Positions 9,216-19,359 of a DNA stretch of 62,062 nt are shown here, piece after piece. Both the position numbers and the translations under genes were made by a program. Within the stretch, counting starts at the first letter, position 1, and each line of letters opens with the position of its first letter. Origin of the DNA: Phycisphaerae bacterium (GTDB lineage: Bacteria; Planctomycetota; Phycisphaerae; SM23-33); the NCBI GenBank assembly GCA_016929245.1, contig JAFGJE010000251.1:1-62062 (forward strand), given 5' to 3'. The notes beneath the pieces were generated by a model. The model was not told where the DNA came from and ran no database searches. It saw nothing but the letters and a program-made list of their open reading frames with translations.

Positions 9216-11882
9216 ATGAACGCGATTCTACAATGGCTGTTGAATCTTTCGCCGGAGGAGCTTTCCGGCGGACGCTGGAGTCTGACCTTCGCGTCTGGGT
9301 ACGGAAACTACGTGCGCCTGGGCTTGGCGCTGCTGGCGATGGGGCTGGTCTGGCTGGTCGTGCGCAACTACCGCCGGGAAGGACAGGCCTCACCGGCCGT
9401 CAAGCGCACGCTGGCGACGCTGCGGATCGTCGTGCTTCTGCTGCTGATCGTGACGTTGTTTCAACCGGCGGTTCTGCTGCGCGTCACCGACACGCTGCAC
9501 AGTTCGCTGCTGGTGCTGCTGGACGACAGCCTGTCGATGTCGTTCCAGGATCGCTACGCCTCGACCCCGCCCGCCGACCGCGCGAAACTCGCCGCCGCCG
9601 TCGGCGTGGAGGAATCGCAGATCGAAACACTCAGCCGCGGCGAGCTACTCCAGCGGCTGCTGCGGAACAACGACGTGTGGCGGAAGCTCAATCGCGATCA
9701 CCCCATCGAACTGCTGCGGTTCTCCACCGATAAACCGGCGGAGGACTCCTACACCGCGCTGGTGGGTACGATCCCCGTCGGTGCGCTGGAGCAAACCAAT
9801 TCTTCCGCGACGACCCAGCCGGCGAAACCGAACGCCGCGATGAACGATCTCCTGGCGAAACTGACCGCATCGGGATATCAGACCGACCCGTCGGCGGCGT
9901 TGCGGGACGCGCTGGAGCGATTCCAAGGCCGGCGTATCGGCGGGGTGGTGCTGATCAGCGACGGGCAACCCACGCCGGACGACGCCGCCGAGCGCCTCCG
10001 CGCGACGCTGGACCTGGCCGACCGCCGCGGCGCGACGCGTTATACCGTGCTCGTGGGCGATCCGACGCCGCCGAAAAACCTCACCGTGACGGCCTTGCGC
10101 GCCCCCCGCGAAGTCCGCGCCAAAGGCAAGGTGGAATTGACCGCCCTGCTGCAACACCGCAATCTCGCGGGAAAGCAGGTCGAGGCGCGTCTGTATCGCA
10201 GAAATCTCGGCGAGGATTGGCCCGACGACCTGGCGAACACGACCCCGTTGACGAAAAAAACGATTACCCTTCCACCGCCCGAGTCCCAACAGGATTCCGC
10301 CGACGCCCTGCCCGTGAAGCTCGAAACCATTCCGCCGGCGGGGAAACTCGGTGAATTCGTCTATCGGGCTTTAGTCGCGCCTCTACCGGACGAACGAACC
10401 GCCGAGGACAACCACGCCGACGCCTTCATCCGCGTTTCGGACCAGAAAATTCGCGTGCTGCTCATCAGTGGCGACGCCGGTTGGGAATTCCGCTATCTGC
10501 GAAACTACTTCCTCCGCCAGCCGGAACTGTACCGCCTGAGCGTCTGGCAGCAGAATGCCGACCCGGACGTCAACCAGTCGGCCTCGACGGGCATGAAACT
10601 GACGTCCCTGCCGAAAACTCTTCGTGAACTGATCGGCGACGTGGACCGCGACGCGCCGTTTCACCCGACCACCCAGCCGGCGACGCGACCCGCGACCCAA
10701 CCGGCAGGGGAAAAAGGAGAAGCGGACGTCCCCAAAATCCCACCGGGATATGACGTCGTGATCCTTTACGATCCCTCGCCGACGAAGGATGGGTTCGACA
10801 AGACCTTTATCGCGAACCTGTGGGAGTTTGTAACGCGACATCGCGGCGGATTGTGCTACATCGCCTCGTCGCGCAACACCGACGAAATCCTGCGCGACCC
10901 GGCCGCGAAGAAGCTCGCCGACCTGCTGCCCGTCGTCGTGACGCGCAACGAGGTGGACGTGACGCGGCTGATCCAGGAAACGCGCCCGCAGGCCTGGCCG
11001 ATTCGTTTGACGGGGTACGGGCTGGACCATCCCGTCACGACGCTGGAAACCCCCGCCGAGGACAATCAGAAAGTCTGGAGCGTCCTGCCGGGCATTTTCC
11101 GTCACCAGGCGATCTCCCGCCGCAAACCCGCCGCCCGCGTGCTGGCGGAACATTCCGACCCGACGCGAAAGATGCGCATGCAGGACGAAGCGATTCCCTT
11201 AATCGCCGTGCACACCGTCGGCGGCGGGCGGGTGGTATACCTCGGCGCGGACGAAACCTGGCGGTGGCGGTTCCTTTCGGACGGCCTGTACCATCGGCGA
11301 TTCTGGGGCAACGTCGTTCGCTATCTCGCCCCGCTGCACGCCCGGCAGGTGATGATCACCACCGGCGGCGACCGCTTCAGCGCCGGAACTAAAATCACCG
11401 TCGAAGTCGAAGCCTACGACCGGGAATATCGTCCCCTGCAGGCCGACGAATTTGTCCTTCGCATGATCGACCGCAAGACGAACAAGGCGACGACGCACAA
11501 GCTGCCGGCCGTCGAAGGCAAGCCAGGCCGTTTCCACGCGGATATTCTCCCCGCGCACACGGGCACGTATGAATTGACGTGCGATCCGAAATTCGCCGAT
11601 CCCACCCAGGTGGCCGGGAAACAGATCGTCGTGCACCTGCCGCGGGCGGAGCAGCGTCGCAGCGAAGCCGACGCCCATACGATGCGAACCATCGCCTCAA
11701 AGGACGAATTCGCCCTCCCAGCCGGGGAGATCGGAAAGCTGGCGGAATGGATCCCCCCCGGACGCCTGCAGACGGTCCGGGAAAAACGCTTCACCCTCTG
11801 GGACACCAAAGGCATGTGGATCCTCCTCGTCCTGCTGCTAACGGCGGAGTGGTTGATCCGCAAACGAGTGAATATGACGTAG
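9216..11882 (+). CDS. vWA / glutamine-amidotransferase-like membrane protein of MoxR operons
   Basis: N-terminal TM helices, LLDDSLSM, LISDG, W-E-F-R-Y-L motif, ETWRWRF...FWGNVVRYL, C-terminal LLLTAEWLIRKR. Confidence 0.8.
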   Translation: MNAILQWLLNLSPEELSGGRWSLTFASGYGNYVRLGLALLAMGLVWLVVRNYRREGQASPAVKRTLATLRIVVLLLLIVTLFQPAVLLRVTDTLHSSLLVLLDDSLSMSFQDRYASTPPADRAKLAAAVGVEESQIETLSRGELLQRLLRNNDVWRKLNRDHPIELLRFSTDKPAEDSYTALVGTIPVGALEQTNSSATTQPAKPNAAMNDLLAKLTASGYQTDPSAALRDALERFQGRRIGGVVLISDGQPTPDDAAERLRATLDLADRRGATRYTVLVGDPTPPKNLTVTALRAPREVRAKGKVELTALLQHRNLAGKQVEARLYRRNLGEDWPDDLANTTPLTKKTITLPPPESQQDSADALPVKLETIPPAGKLGEFVYRALVAPLPDERTAEDNHADAFIRVSDQKIRVLLISGDAGWEFRYLRNYFLRQPELYRLSVWQQNADPDVNQSASTGMKLTSLPKTLRELIGDVDRDAPFHPTTQPATRPATQPAGEKGEADVPKIPPGYDVVILYDPSPTKDGFDKTFIANLWEFVTRHRGGLCYIASSRNTDEILRDPAAKKLADLLPVVVTRNEVDVTRLIQETRPQAWPIRLTGYGLDHPVTTLETPAEDNQKVWSVLPGIFRHQAISRRKPAARVLAEHSDPTRKMRMQDEAIPLIAVHTVGGGRVVYLGADETWRWRFLSDGLYHRRFWGNVVRYLAPLHARQVMITTGGDRFSAGTKITVEVEAYDREYRPLQADEFVLRMIDRKTNKATTHKLPAVEGKPGRFHADILPAHTGTYELTCDPKFADPTQVAGKQIVVHLPRAEQRRSEADAHTMRTIASKDEFALPAGEIGKLAEWIPPGRLQTVREKRFTLWDTKGMWILLVLLLTAEWLIRKRVNMT

Positions 11883-11887
11883 GAAGA

Positions 11888-11922
11888 AGTCAGAAGACAG
11901 GAGTCAGTAGTCTGAAGACAGA
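11888..11922 (+). repeat. Heptamer tandem array (AGTCAGA-type, 5 units)
   Basis: AGTCAGA AGACAGG AGTCAGT AGTCTGA AGACAGA, starting just after a stop codon. Confidence 0.7.
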
Positions 11923-11929
11923 CAATATC

Positions 11930-11969
11930 GGGTGGCATGCCCTCACCCCTTCTTAGGGGGGTGGGCATG
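11930..11969. repeat. REP-like hairpin GGGTGGCATGCCC...GGGCATG
   Basis: CATGCCC/GGGCATG outer stem and ACCCC/GGGGT inner stem; intergenic. Confidence 0.55.
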
Positions 11970-12004
11970 AATGACCCCGAAAACAGGAATACGGTTGTGT
12001 ATTG

Positions 12005-14356
12005 ATGAAGAACGAAAGCACATTACTGTCGCCCGTGGTTTTAAGCCGGCTGCGTTCGCTTCGGTTGGCGCTGCGCGGGCGATTGCTGTTGGAAGGTTTA
12101 GCGAGGCTTCTGCTGGTCGTTACGATCTGTCTTTTCGCCTCGCTGGGGCTGGATTATTCTCTCCACCTCGATAAACCGTTGCGGATAACGATCCTTTCGA
12201 TCTGTGGACTGTGTATCTTCTATACGCTTTGGCGACGGTTCATAAAACCGCTGGTCACGCCGATGACTCCCCGAAGCCTGGCGCTGCTGATCGAACGGAA
12301 ATTTCCACAGCTCGACGACCGCCTGATGACCGCGCTGGAACCGGCGGGCGACGAAACCGTCAGCCGGGCGATGCTGATGGAAACCGCCCGGCAGGCGGAT
12401 CAAATCGCGCGAACGCTGCCGGTGCGGAACATCGTCGAGACGCGACGGCTGGGTTACGTCGCGTGCCTGGCGATTATTCTCGGTGGACTGCTGGTTGGTT
12501 TCGCGATCTATCAGCCGGGCGTGATGCGATTGTGGTACCGGCGAAATCTTCTGCTCGCCAACGTCGATTGGCCCCAGCGTACCTACCTGAGCGTGTACTA
12601 CGTGGATAACGCCGGAACGCTGCGCCCGCTGCTGGAATCCGACTCCAACGGCGTGATTCTCCAGCGGCGGGAAACCGCCGAGGTGCTGCGCGGCGAGGCG
12701 CTGGAGGTTCTCGTCGCTGCGCCCGAAGGCGTCGTCGCTCCCGAAACGGTTACGCTGCACGTGCGGTATCCCTCCGTGGGCGATACGGAAGAAAAACTTA
12801 CTCCCCTTTCGCTGGAGCAGGCGAAAGTCTATCACGACATGAAGATGCACGAGGGCGAGACGCCCTCGTTACGCGCGGGCAGGATGCCCGCGACACGCGC
12901 TTACACGTGGTATCGCAAGCGGTTCAGCGGCGTGAACGAAGCCTTCCGATTCCACGCCGTCGGCGGTGACGACCGCCGCGACGCGCGACGGCCTCACAAG
13001 GTTTCCCTCGTCGAAGCGCCGTTGCTGGCGGAGGTGCAGTTTACGGTCACCTCGCCCGCGTACATGCGTCAGGCCCAGCCGACGGTCCTGGCCGGCAGCC
13101 GGGGCGTGCTGCCGATCCCCCATGGTTCGACGGTGCACGTGACCGCGACGGCGACCAAATCCATCGCGTCGGCCCGGATGCTGCTGGACGACGGGGACGC
13201 GATCACAATGGCCGTCATGGAAGAATCCGGCGCCCCGCCGCGACGGTTAACGGGCGTCGTGAAACCCGAAGGCAAAAACGTCTCCGCCACCCGCACGCTG
13301 CGATTCGAGTTGCGCGACCGGGACGGTTACACCAGTCGTCGGCCTGAAACCTACGTCCTGCAAATCCTGCCCGACCTTCCGCCGACGGTGAACCTGCAGG
13401 TCTGCGGCGTGCGAAACGTGGTCTGTCCCACCGCGCGAATTCCCCTGCTTCTCGAAGCGAAGGACGACCATGGTTTAGCGAGCGTTCGGGCGGTCTGGCG
13501 AGCGGACGACCCGGCCCTGAAAACACCGACGACCGCGCCGACGTATCAACCGGTCGATAAATCCGCGCCGGTTTCCCCCGACGACCCCCGACGACATGAC
13601 GTCAAACCCATGCTGGACCTTCTGCCCCACAAGCTCCCGCCGGGCATGAAGCTGACCGTCCGCGCCGAAGCCGTCGACACGCTGCCCGAATCCCTCCAGG
13701 GTCCGAACACGACCGCCGGTTCGGAACTGACGTTTGACATCATCCCGCGGGAAAAGCTCCTGTCGCAACTGATCGGCCTGCAGAAGGAGGCCCGCATGGA
13801 ACTCTTCCAGGCGATGGGACAGCAGGAATTCGCGCGAGGCCGATGCTCCTCCGCCGCCGGCGACCTGGCGGCCGGAACGATTCAGCCGGCGATACTGAAA
13901 AAACTCGCCGACGCGGGCGCCCGGCAGCGGCAGGTGATGAACGAAGCGACGAAGGTCGCCGATTCGATGGCCTCGGTGGCGACGGAAATGGAACTCAACC
14001 GCCTGGGCCGTCCCGAAGAACACGCCGCCCTGCGCGACAACGTCGTTTCGCCCCTGCGAAAACTCCTCCAGGTGATGCGCACCGTCAGCGCCGATCTTGA
14101 CGCCGCCCGGAAACTCTCCGACGCCCCCCGACTCGCCCGACGCGCCCGGGAGATCGCGAAACAACAGAAGGACGTCTACGACGCGATGGAAACCATCCTC
14201 GCGAACATGAGCAAACTCGAAAATCGCCTGGAATTGGCCCGACAACTGGAAGGACTGCTCAAGATGTCCGTCGAACTCGAAGCCATCCTCCGTCAACGCG
14301 TCGAACGCGAAATCGAGGATATCTTCGAGGACGAAGAAAAGGCGAACCAACCTTGA
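12005..14356 (+). CDS. DUF4175-like membrane-anchored protein (TM, Ig-like, coiled-coil)
   Basis: N-terminal TM helices, LLIERKFPQLDDRLMTALE, LEAKDDHGL, coiled-coil C-terminus; usual position in a MoxR operon. Confidence 0.65.
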   Translation: MKNESTLLSPVVLSRLRSLRLALRGRLLLEGLARLLLVVTICLFASLGLDYSLHLDKPLRITILSICGLCIFYTLWRRFIKPLVTPMTPRSLALLIERKFPQLDDRLMTALEPAGDETVSRAMLMETARQADQIARTLPVRNIVETRRLGYVACLAIILGGLLVGFAIYQPGVMRLWYRRNLLLANVDWPQRTYLSVYYVDNAGTLRPLLESDSNGVILQRRETAEVLRGEALEVLVAAPEGVVAPETVTLHVRYPSVGDTEEKLTPLSLEQAKVYHDMKMHEGETPSLRAGRMPATRAYTWYRKRFSGVNEAFRFHAVGGDDRRDARRPHKVSLVEAPLLAEVQFTVTSPAYMRQAQPTVLAGSRGVLPIPHGSTVHVTATATKSIASARMLLDDGDAITMAVMEESGAPPRRLTGVVKPEGKNVSATRTLRFELRDRDGYTSRRPETYVLQILPDLPPTVNLQVCGVRNVVCPTARIPLLLEAKDDHGLASVRAVWRADDPALKTPTTAPTYQPVDKSAPVSPDDPRRHDVKPMLDLLPHKLPPGMKLTVRAEAVDTLPESLQGPNTTAGSELTFDIIPREKLLSQLIGLQKEARMELFQAMGQQEFARGRCSSAAGDLAAGTIQPAILKKLADAGARQRQVMNEATKVADSMASVATEMELNRLGRPEEHAALRDNVVSPLRKLLQVMRTVSADLDAARKLSDAPRLARRAREIAKQQKDVYDAMETILANMSKLENRLELARQLEGLLKMSVELEAILRQRVEREIEDIFEDEEKANQP

Positions 14357-14373
14357 CGGAGAACGTCTAAACC

Positions 14374-14420
14374 ATTGTGGATTGCGGATTGCGGACCTGT
14401 CCCATAGGGAATGCGGAATG
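14374..14420 (+). repeat. Family C copy C2 with CCCATAGGG core
   Basis: ATTGTGGATTGCGGATTGCGGACCTGTCCCATAGGGAATGCGGAATG. Confidence 0.8.
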
Positions 14421-14434
14421 AAAAGAGAACAGAC

Positions 14435-16669
14435 ATGAAAACGACAATTTCAGCCTGGATCGTGCTGCTGTTCGCGGCGGGATTGGTTTTACCATCCGTA
14501 ACGTTCTCGCAGGACACCCAGCCGGGCGCGAAGAAAAGCGATGATCTCGTCCATTCCGCGGAGTTCGTTCGCAAGAAACTCGACGAACTGCTCGCGACCA
14601 TGTCCGACGTGGCGAGCCTGCTGGAGAAAACCGATCCGGAGGCCGCGAAAATCCTCCGCCAGACCGTCATCTACGCCCAGCAGGAGGACGTGGTCAACAA
14701 GATCGACGAAGTCAAACGCCTCCTGCGGCAGGGACTGGACCAGGCCGCCGAAGCCGGTCAGTCCGAGGTGATCGGCGACCTGACGCACATGCTCCGCCTG
14801 CTGGAAGGGGCGCGGAGCGATCTTTCGGAAACCGACGAACGGCTGGCGGAACTGCGCGTGGTGCGCAATCGACTCGCGGCCTTGCTCGTGCGACAAAAAG
14901 TCGAAGAAGCGCGCTCGCGAGCGGTGCTGGCGAAACAGCAGATCGACGCCGACAGCCGGGCACTGCTGGAAAAACTGCAACAACTCATCGAACGGCAAAA
15001 AGCTCTGCGAAACGAGACGGGCAAGTTGCCCGAACCCTCCCGCACCGTTAATATCATAAGCAAACTCCATCGCGCCCTACTCCGTCTGACGCGAACCCAG
15101 CGACTCCTGAACGATTCGGCCGCCAAGGCAAACCTGGCGCGTCTGCCCGTGCTCGCCGAGGCACAACGAAAACTGCTCGAACAGACGAAAGAGGCGATTC
15201 GGGAACTCTCCGAACCCGCGGAAAGCGAATCGCTTGTAAAATCCCTTTCCCAGGCCGCCGCGAAAGCCCGGTCCCATTGTCAGGCTTCGATCACGTCCAT
15301 GCGGAAATCCGCCAAGGCGCTGGAGGCGTCCAATAAAACCCAGGCCGACCCTCCCGCCGCCCAGGCGCTGCACGAATTGACTCTCGCCGAAAACACCCTC
15401 GCTGAAGCGGTAAAATCGCTACTCTCGAAAACGCCGGCGGAGGAACTCGCCGGGGCGCAAAATCGCCTCGCCGACGATACCCGTAAACTCAAGGACATCG
15501 CCGGTTCCCTCGCGGAAAAAGCAGGCCTGGATCCGGAGAAACTCCCCCCCTCCGATCTCCCCAAAGCCGCCCGACACATGGACCGGGCCGTCGAGGCGCT
15601 GGAGCACCAGGATCCGCCCCCCGCTCAGGCCGAACAGACCAAGGCCATCCAGGCCCTTCAGGCGGAACTCGATCGCGCGAAACAATTGCGGGAAAAGGCG
15701 CTCGCCCGCGCGCAGGCCAGGCTCGATGCCGAGGAACAGAAGGATATCGCCAAGCGCATCGACAAGACCGCCGAAACGATGAAGAAAGGCCGGGACGGAA
15801 AATCCATGCCCGGCCAACCCTCCGCCGTCAAAGCGGGACAATGCTCCGGAAAGGCCGGGAAATGTCTCTCCCAATCCCAGTGCGACGCCGCCGGCGCCAA
15901 CCAGCAGCAAAACGAATCGGCGAAAAATCTCCAGGAAGCCCTGGACGCCCTGGACGAGGAGATCAAAAAACTCGAGCGTCTCAGCAAAGCCGAAAAACTC
16001 GCCAGTATAGCTGAGCGCCTGGAAAAGGCGCTCGAACGCCAGAAGGCCTGCACCAAACAAACCCGCGCCGCCTACGACGCCCGCGCGAAAACCGATCCGC
16101 CATACGACCGTCCCGCCCAACAGAAACTCGCGGAACTGGCGACCGTCGAAGGCGACCTTGCCGCCGAGGTGGAATCCATCCGCGCGATGCTCAAAAAGGA
16201 AGGAACCACCGTGGTCTTCCCGGCCGTGCTGGGCGATGTGAAGCAGGATCTGCTGGATGTGCAAAAATCGCTCAATGAATTCGATCCCGGTTCGCTCACG
16301 CGGGCGACGCAGAAAGACATTGAGCAGACGCTGGAGGAGTTACTCGAATCCGTGCGAAAGGAATTGTCCAAAGGGCCGGGTCGGGGAATGGGCGGCGGCG
16401 GAGGCGGATGCTGCAAACCCCCGCTGATTCCCCCCATCGCGGAATTGCGCATGCTCCGCATGAAGCAGTTGCGCGTCAACCGAAACACGAAACGGCTGGA
16501 TGAACTCACCCGAACGGGAAACCTGCCCGACGAACGACGGCAGACGGAGCATACCAAACTCACCCGCCGGCAGGAACAGGTTCTCGAACTCGTGCGGGAC
16601 ATCCGCGCGAAAATGAAAAAAGAAAACCAAAGCATCAATCCGATTCCACCTTCGGAGGAGAATCCATGA
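14435..16669 (+). CDS. Secreted long coiled-coil protein
   Basis: Signal peptide (MKTTISAWIVLLFAAG...); A/E/L/Q/K-rich heptads; conserved-looking C-terminus PLIPPIAELRMLRMKQLRVN. Confidence 0.7.
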   Translation: MKTTISAWIVLLFAAGLVLPSVTFSQDTQPGAKKSDDLVHSAEFVRKKLDELLATMSDVASLLEKTDPEAAKILRQTVIYAQQEDVVNKIDEVKRLLRQGLDQAAEAGQSEVIGDLTHMLRLLEGARSDLSETDERLAELRVVRNRLAALLVRQKVEEARSRAVLAKQQIDADSRALLEKLQQLIERQKALRNETGKLPEPSRTVNIISKLHRALLRLTRTQRLLNDSAAKANLARLPVLAEAQRKLLEQTKEAIRELSEPAESESLVKSLSQAAAKARSHCQASITSMRKSAKALEASNKTQADPPAAQALHELTLAENTLAEAVKSLLSKTPAEELAGAQNRLADDTRKLKDIAGSLAEKAGLDPEKLPPSDLPKAARHMDRAVEALEHQDPPPAQAEQTKAIQALQAELDRAKQLREKALARAQARLDAEEQKDIAKRIDKTAETMKKGRDGKSMPGQPSAVKAGQCSGKAGKCLSQSQCDAAGANQQQNESAKNLQEALDALDEEIKKLERLSKAEKLASIAERLEKALERQKACTKQTRAAYDARAKTDPPYDRPAQQKLAELATVEGDLAAEVESIRAMLKKEGTTVVFPAVLGDVKQDLLDVQKSLNEFDPGSLTRATQKDIEQTLEELLESVRKELSKGPGRGMGGGGGGCCKPPLIPPIAELRMLRMKQLRVNRNTKRLDELTRTGNLPDERRQTEHTKLTRRQEQVLELVRDIRAKMKKENQSINPIPPSEENP

Positions 16670-18003
16670 AAATAAATTCAAACATATTTTATGAAACGGG
16701 TGCCGTGGTTCGCGGAGCGCAGCGAAGCAACCACGTTCCTCGAATATCGTGGTTGCTCCGTCCCTTCAGGACTGCGCGAACCACGGCGCCCTTGGTATTA
16801 TTTTTGTTCGCTTTTACATCGTTGCCGTTATTCGCGCAGGAGGCCTCGCCGGATACTCCGAAAAACCCGGAGGAAGTCGTCGAATTCACCGAGGAGGACT
16901 TCCAGGCGGTCCTGGAGCAAATGACACCCGAGGAAATGGAGCAGCTCGTTGAGGCGGCCGCCAAACGGTCCCTGGAAGTGGAACGGCAGCAGGTCGCCGG
17001 TGAGATTCGGGAAAATCTTCTGTACGACGAAACGGCCGTCAAAAAAGCCCTGGAGATTCTCAACGCTCCCGCCGAATCGCCTTCGCGGCAGGACAACATC
17101 GAGCGCATCTGCCGGGCCTACGCGGCCGTGGACGAAGCGTTCGCCGAGGCGTATCGGCTGTACCGCGAGAAGCAGTTCCCCGAAGCGGCGAAACGTCTGC
17201 GACACAGCCTGAATCCCGAAGACGCTTCCTACTTCAGCGCCGCGGTGCATTGCCTGGCCGCCGATTGCCTGATCCGGGAAGAGAAGCTCTGGCCCGGTGT
17301 GGAAATCTACAGCGACCTGCTGGTGAACCTGCCGGATCGAATCAGCTTCGCCACCGAAGGGGCTTTGCGGGCGGCGAAAATCTACGAGCATATGGGGCGA
17401 AATCTCTACGCCATGCAGATGTACGCCTACTGCCTGAGCAACTACGCCCTGACGATGGACAAGAAGGAAATGACCTCCGTCGCCGACCGGTACGAGGAAC
17501 TGGCGGCCGTCTATCGCGACCCCATGAACAGCTTAACGGGCATGCTCGCGCACATACACGATCGCCTCACCCGCAAGGACGTCGGCGAGGGTACGCGGCA
17601 GCGTCAACAGGAAGTCGTCGCGCTGCTGGAAGACCTGATCCAGACCCACGAGGAAAAACAGCGGCCCGATAAAAACGCCAAGCGCCAACCCAAGCCCTGC
17701 CGGAGCAAGGCGGGGGAAGAAAAAAAGAAACCCCGCGGGGAAGGCAGTTGCAAGAAACCGGGCCGACCGTCCGGAACGCCGCGAAACCCGACCGTCGGGG
17801 CGAAAGAATCCGTGCTCGTGCCCGGGCCGGTCTCCCGCCCGAACAAGCTGGCGAACATCCACGCCGGAAACGACGCCGACGCGTGGTCGGACCTGCCGCC
17901 CCGCCAAAAGGAAGCGATCCGAAACTTGATGCGCCGTCGCCTCACCGAACGACGCGGCGAAATGGTGCGAGACTACCACCGAAAACTCGCGGAAGGAGAA
18001 TGA
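16666..18003 (+). CDS. Secreted helical/TPR-like hypothetical protein
   Basis: GGAG ribosome-binding site, ATGA overlap, hydrophobic signal region after a repeat-encoded insert, C-terminal WSDLPPRQKE motif. Confidence 0.7.
   Translation: MKINSNIFYETGAVVRGAQRSNHVPRISWLLRPFRTARTTAPLVLFLFAFTSLPLFAQEASPDTPKNPEEVVEFTEEDFQAVLEQMTPEEMEQLVEAAAKRSLEVERQQVAGEIRENLLYDETAVKKALEILNAPAESPSRQDNIERICRAYAAVDEAFAEAYRLYREKQFPEAAKRLRHSLNPEDASYFSAAVHCLAADCLIREEKLWPGVEIYSDLLVNLPDRISFATEGALRAAKIYEHMGRNLYAMQMYAYCLSNYALTMDKKEMTSVADRYEELAAVYRDPMNSLTGMLAHIHDRLTRKDVGEGTRQRQQEVVALLEDLIQTHEEKQRPDKNAKRQPKPCRSKAGEEKKKPRGEGSCKKPGRPSGTPRNPTVGAKESVLVPGPVSRPNKLANIHAGNDADAWSDLPPRQKEAIRNLMRRRLTERRGEMVRDYHRKLAEGE
16698..16791. 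repeat. Family D inverted doublet inside the coding 5' end
   Basis: D1 GGGTGCCGTGGTTCGCGGAGCGCAGCGAAGCAACCACG; D2 (-) CGTGGTTGCTCCGTCCCTTCAGGACTGCGCGAACCACGGCGCCC, which is 40/44 identical to the intergenic copy at 51345-51388. Confidence 0.85.
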
Positions 18004-18009
18004 CGTCGA

Positions 18010-19272
18010 GTGAATCGAACTTCATGCAATTCGCAATCCCTATGGGACAGGTTCGCAGTCCGCGATCCGCATTCTTTCTTGTGGATCGTTTTTCTCGTTC
18101 TGATATCGAACATTGCTTCCGCCGCCATTGTGGAAACCATCGACGCGCAATCTTATGAAGGGGAAATCACGCGTCTGGATGACCAGGGCCTGTCGATCCA
18201 AACCAGTGACGGTCTGAAAAAGCTGCCCGTCGATGATCTGTCGAATGTGATTCTCAACGCCGCCGCCGATCCTCCCGATCTTCTCAAAACGCCAGGCCGG
18301 GCGGTGGTTCTTACTCTTGACGGAGATATTCTCTCCGCACGAAACCTGCGCGTCGATAAAGACCATCTTCAATTTCAGGTTGGGAACAACAAAACGGCCG
18401 CGGACCTTCCGCTGGGTTTGATTCAAACGATCCTCCTGCCTTCACCCAGCCAAACCCCCGAAGAGATTCCGCGGATGTGCGAGGAAATCCACTGTACCGG
18501 CGGCGTGAATGACGTTCTTGTGATCGTGGGGAAAAACGGCACGCCGCGGAAAGTCACCGGAACGCTGGTCGGCGTCACCGATACGAAGATCACTTTTACG
18601 TATCGCGGGAAACAGCGGACCGCGAACCTGGATCGCGTCCGTGCGATCCTGCCGGCAAGGCCCGGACCGGCCGATCGTCCCCCCCGGACGCGAGGCCGAC
18701 TCGTCACCGATGACGGCTGCGTCCACGCGTTTTCCGGAATTTCGCTTTTCGGAAATCAATTGGTTTTGCGTCAGAGGCGGGAACAAACCGTCGAATTTCC
18801 GAAGGAAACCGCGGCGAAGATTCTGTTTCAATCCGATCGGCTGACGCCCCTTGCCGCCCTGAAGCCTTCCTCGGTGCGCGAGCACGGCATGTTCGATCAG
18901 GCGATCCCGTACCGCGTGAATCGTTCCGCCGGCGGCGGGCCGCTGCGCCTGGCGGGGCGAAAGTACGACACCGGCCTGGGGATGCACAGTTTCTGCGAAC
19001 TGACGTACGACCTGGGTGGAAAGTATCGCGCGCTGATCGCGACAGCGGGGATCGACGACGCGGTCAGACCCAACGGCGCTGCAACGCTGACGATTCTCGC
19101 CGACGGGAAACCAATCCTGCCCGCCACGACACTCAGAGGCAAAGACAAACCGAAACCGATTCGCCTCGACATAACCGGCGTGAAATCACTGACAATCCGC
19201 GTGGACTTCGGCCCGGACAAACTGGACGTCTCCGACCACGTAAACCTGGTCAACATACGGCTGGTGAAATAA
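18010..19272 (+). CDS. NPCBM/NEW2 domain-containing secreted protein
   Basis: C-terminal NPCBM motifs (KYDTGLGMHS, LTYDLGGKY, TAGIDD, IRLDITGVKSLTIRV); signal-like FLWIVFLVLISNIASA. Confidence 0.85.
   Translation: MNRTSCNSQSLWDRFAVRDPHSFLWIVFLVLISNIASAAIVETIDAQSYEGEITRLDDQGLSIQTSDGLKKLPVDDLSNVILNAAADPPDLLKTPGRAVVLTLDGDILSARNLRVDKDHLQFQVGNNKTAADLPLGLIQTILLPSPSQTPEEIPRMCEEIHCTGGVNDVLVIVGKNGTPRKVTGTLVGVTDTKITFTYRGKQRTANLDRVRAILPARPGPADRPPRTRGRLVTDDGCVHAFSGISLFGNQLVLRQRREQTVEFPKETAAKILFQSDRLTPLAALKPSSVREHGMFDQAIPYRVNRSAGGGPLRLAGRKYDTGLGMHSFCELTYDLGGKYRALIATAGIDDAVRPNGAATLTILADGKPILPATTLRGKDKPKPIRLDITGVKSLTIRVDFGPDKLDVSDHVNLVNIRLVK
18027..18073 (-). repeat. Family C copy C3 (inverted partner of C2, in-frame within gene start)
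   Basis: CAATTCGCAATCCCTATGGGACAGGTTCGCAGTCCGCGATCCGCATT aligns with the reverse complement of 14374-14420 and shares CCCTATGGGACAGGT exactly. Confidence 0.8.
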
Positions 19273-19359
19273 GATATGAATCCGGCAAACCTTGGCGCAG
19301 CCGATAAGTCCCGTGAAAGTTGCTTCGGGAGTTTTTCAACGTGTAAATACTTTTTATAG

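Noticed and set aside
19284-19310. GGCAAACC (c-di-GMP-I riboswitch-like) and a perfect GCCGATAA sigma28 -10 upstream of queG
   Set aside because: The rest of the riboswitch consensus is absent, and there is no TAAA-like -35 at 15-16 nt spacing.
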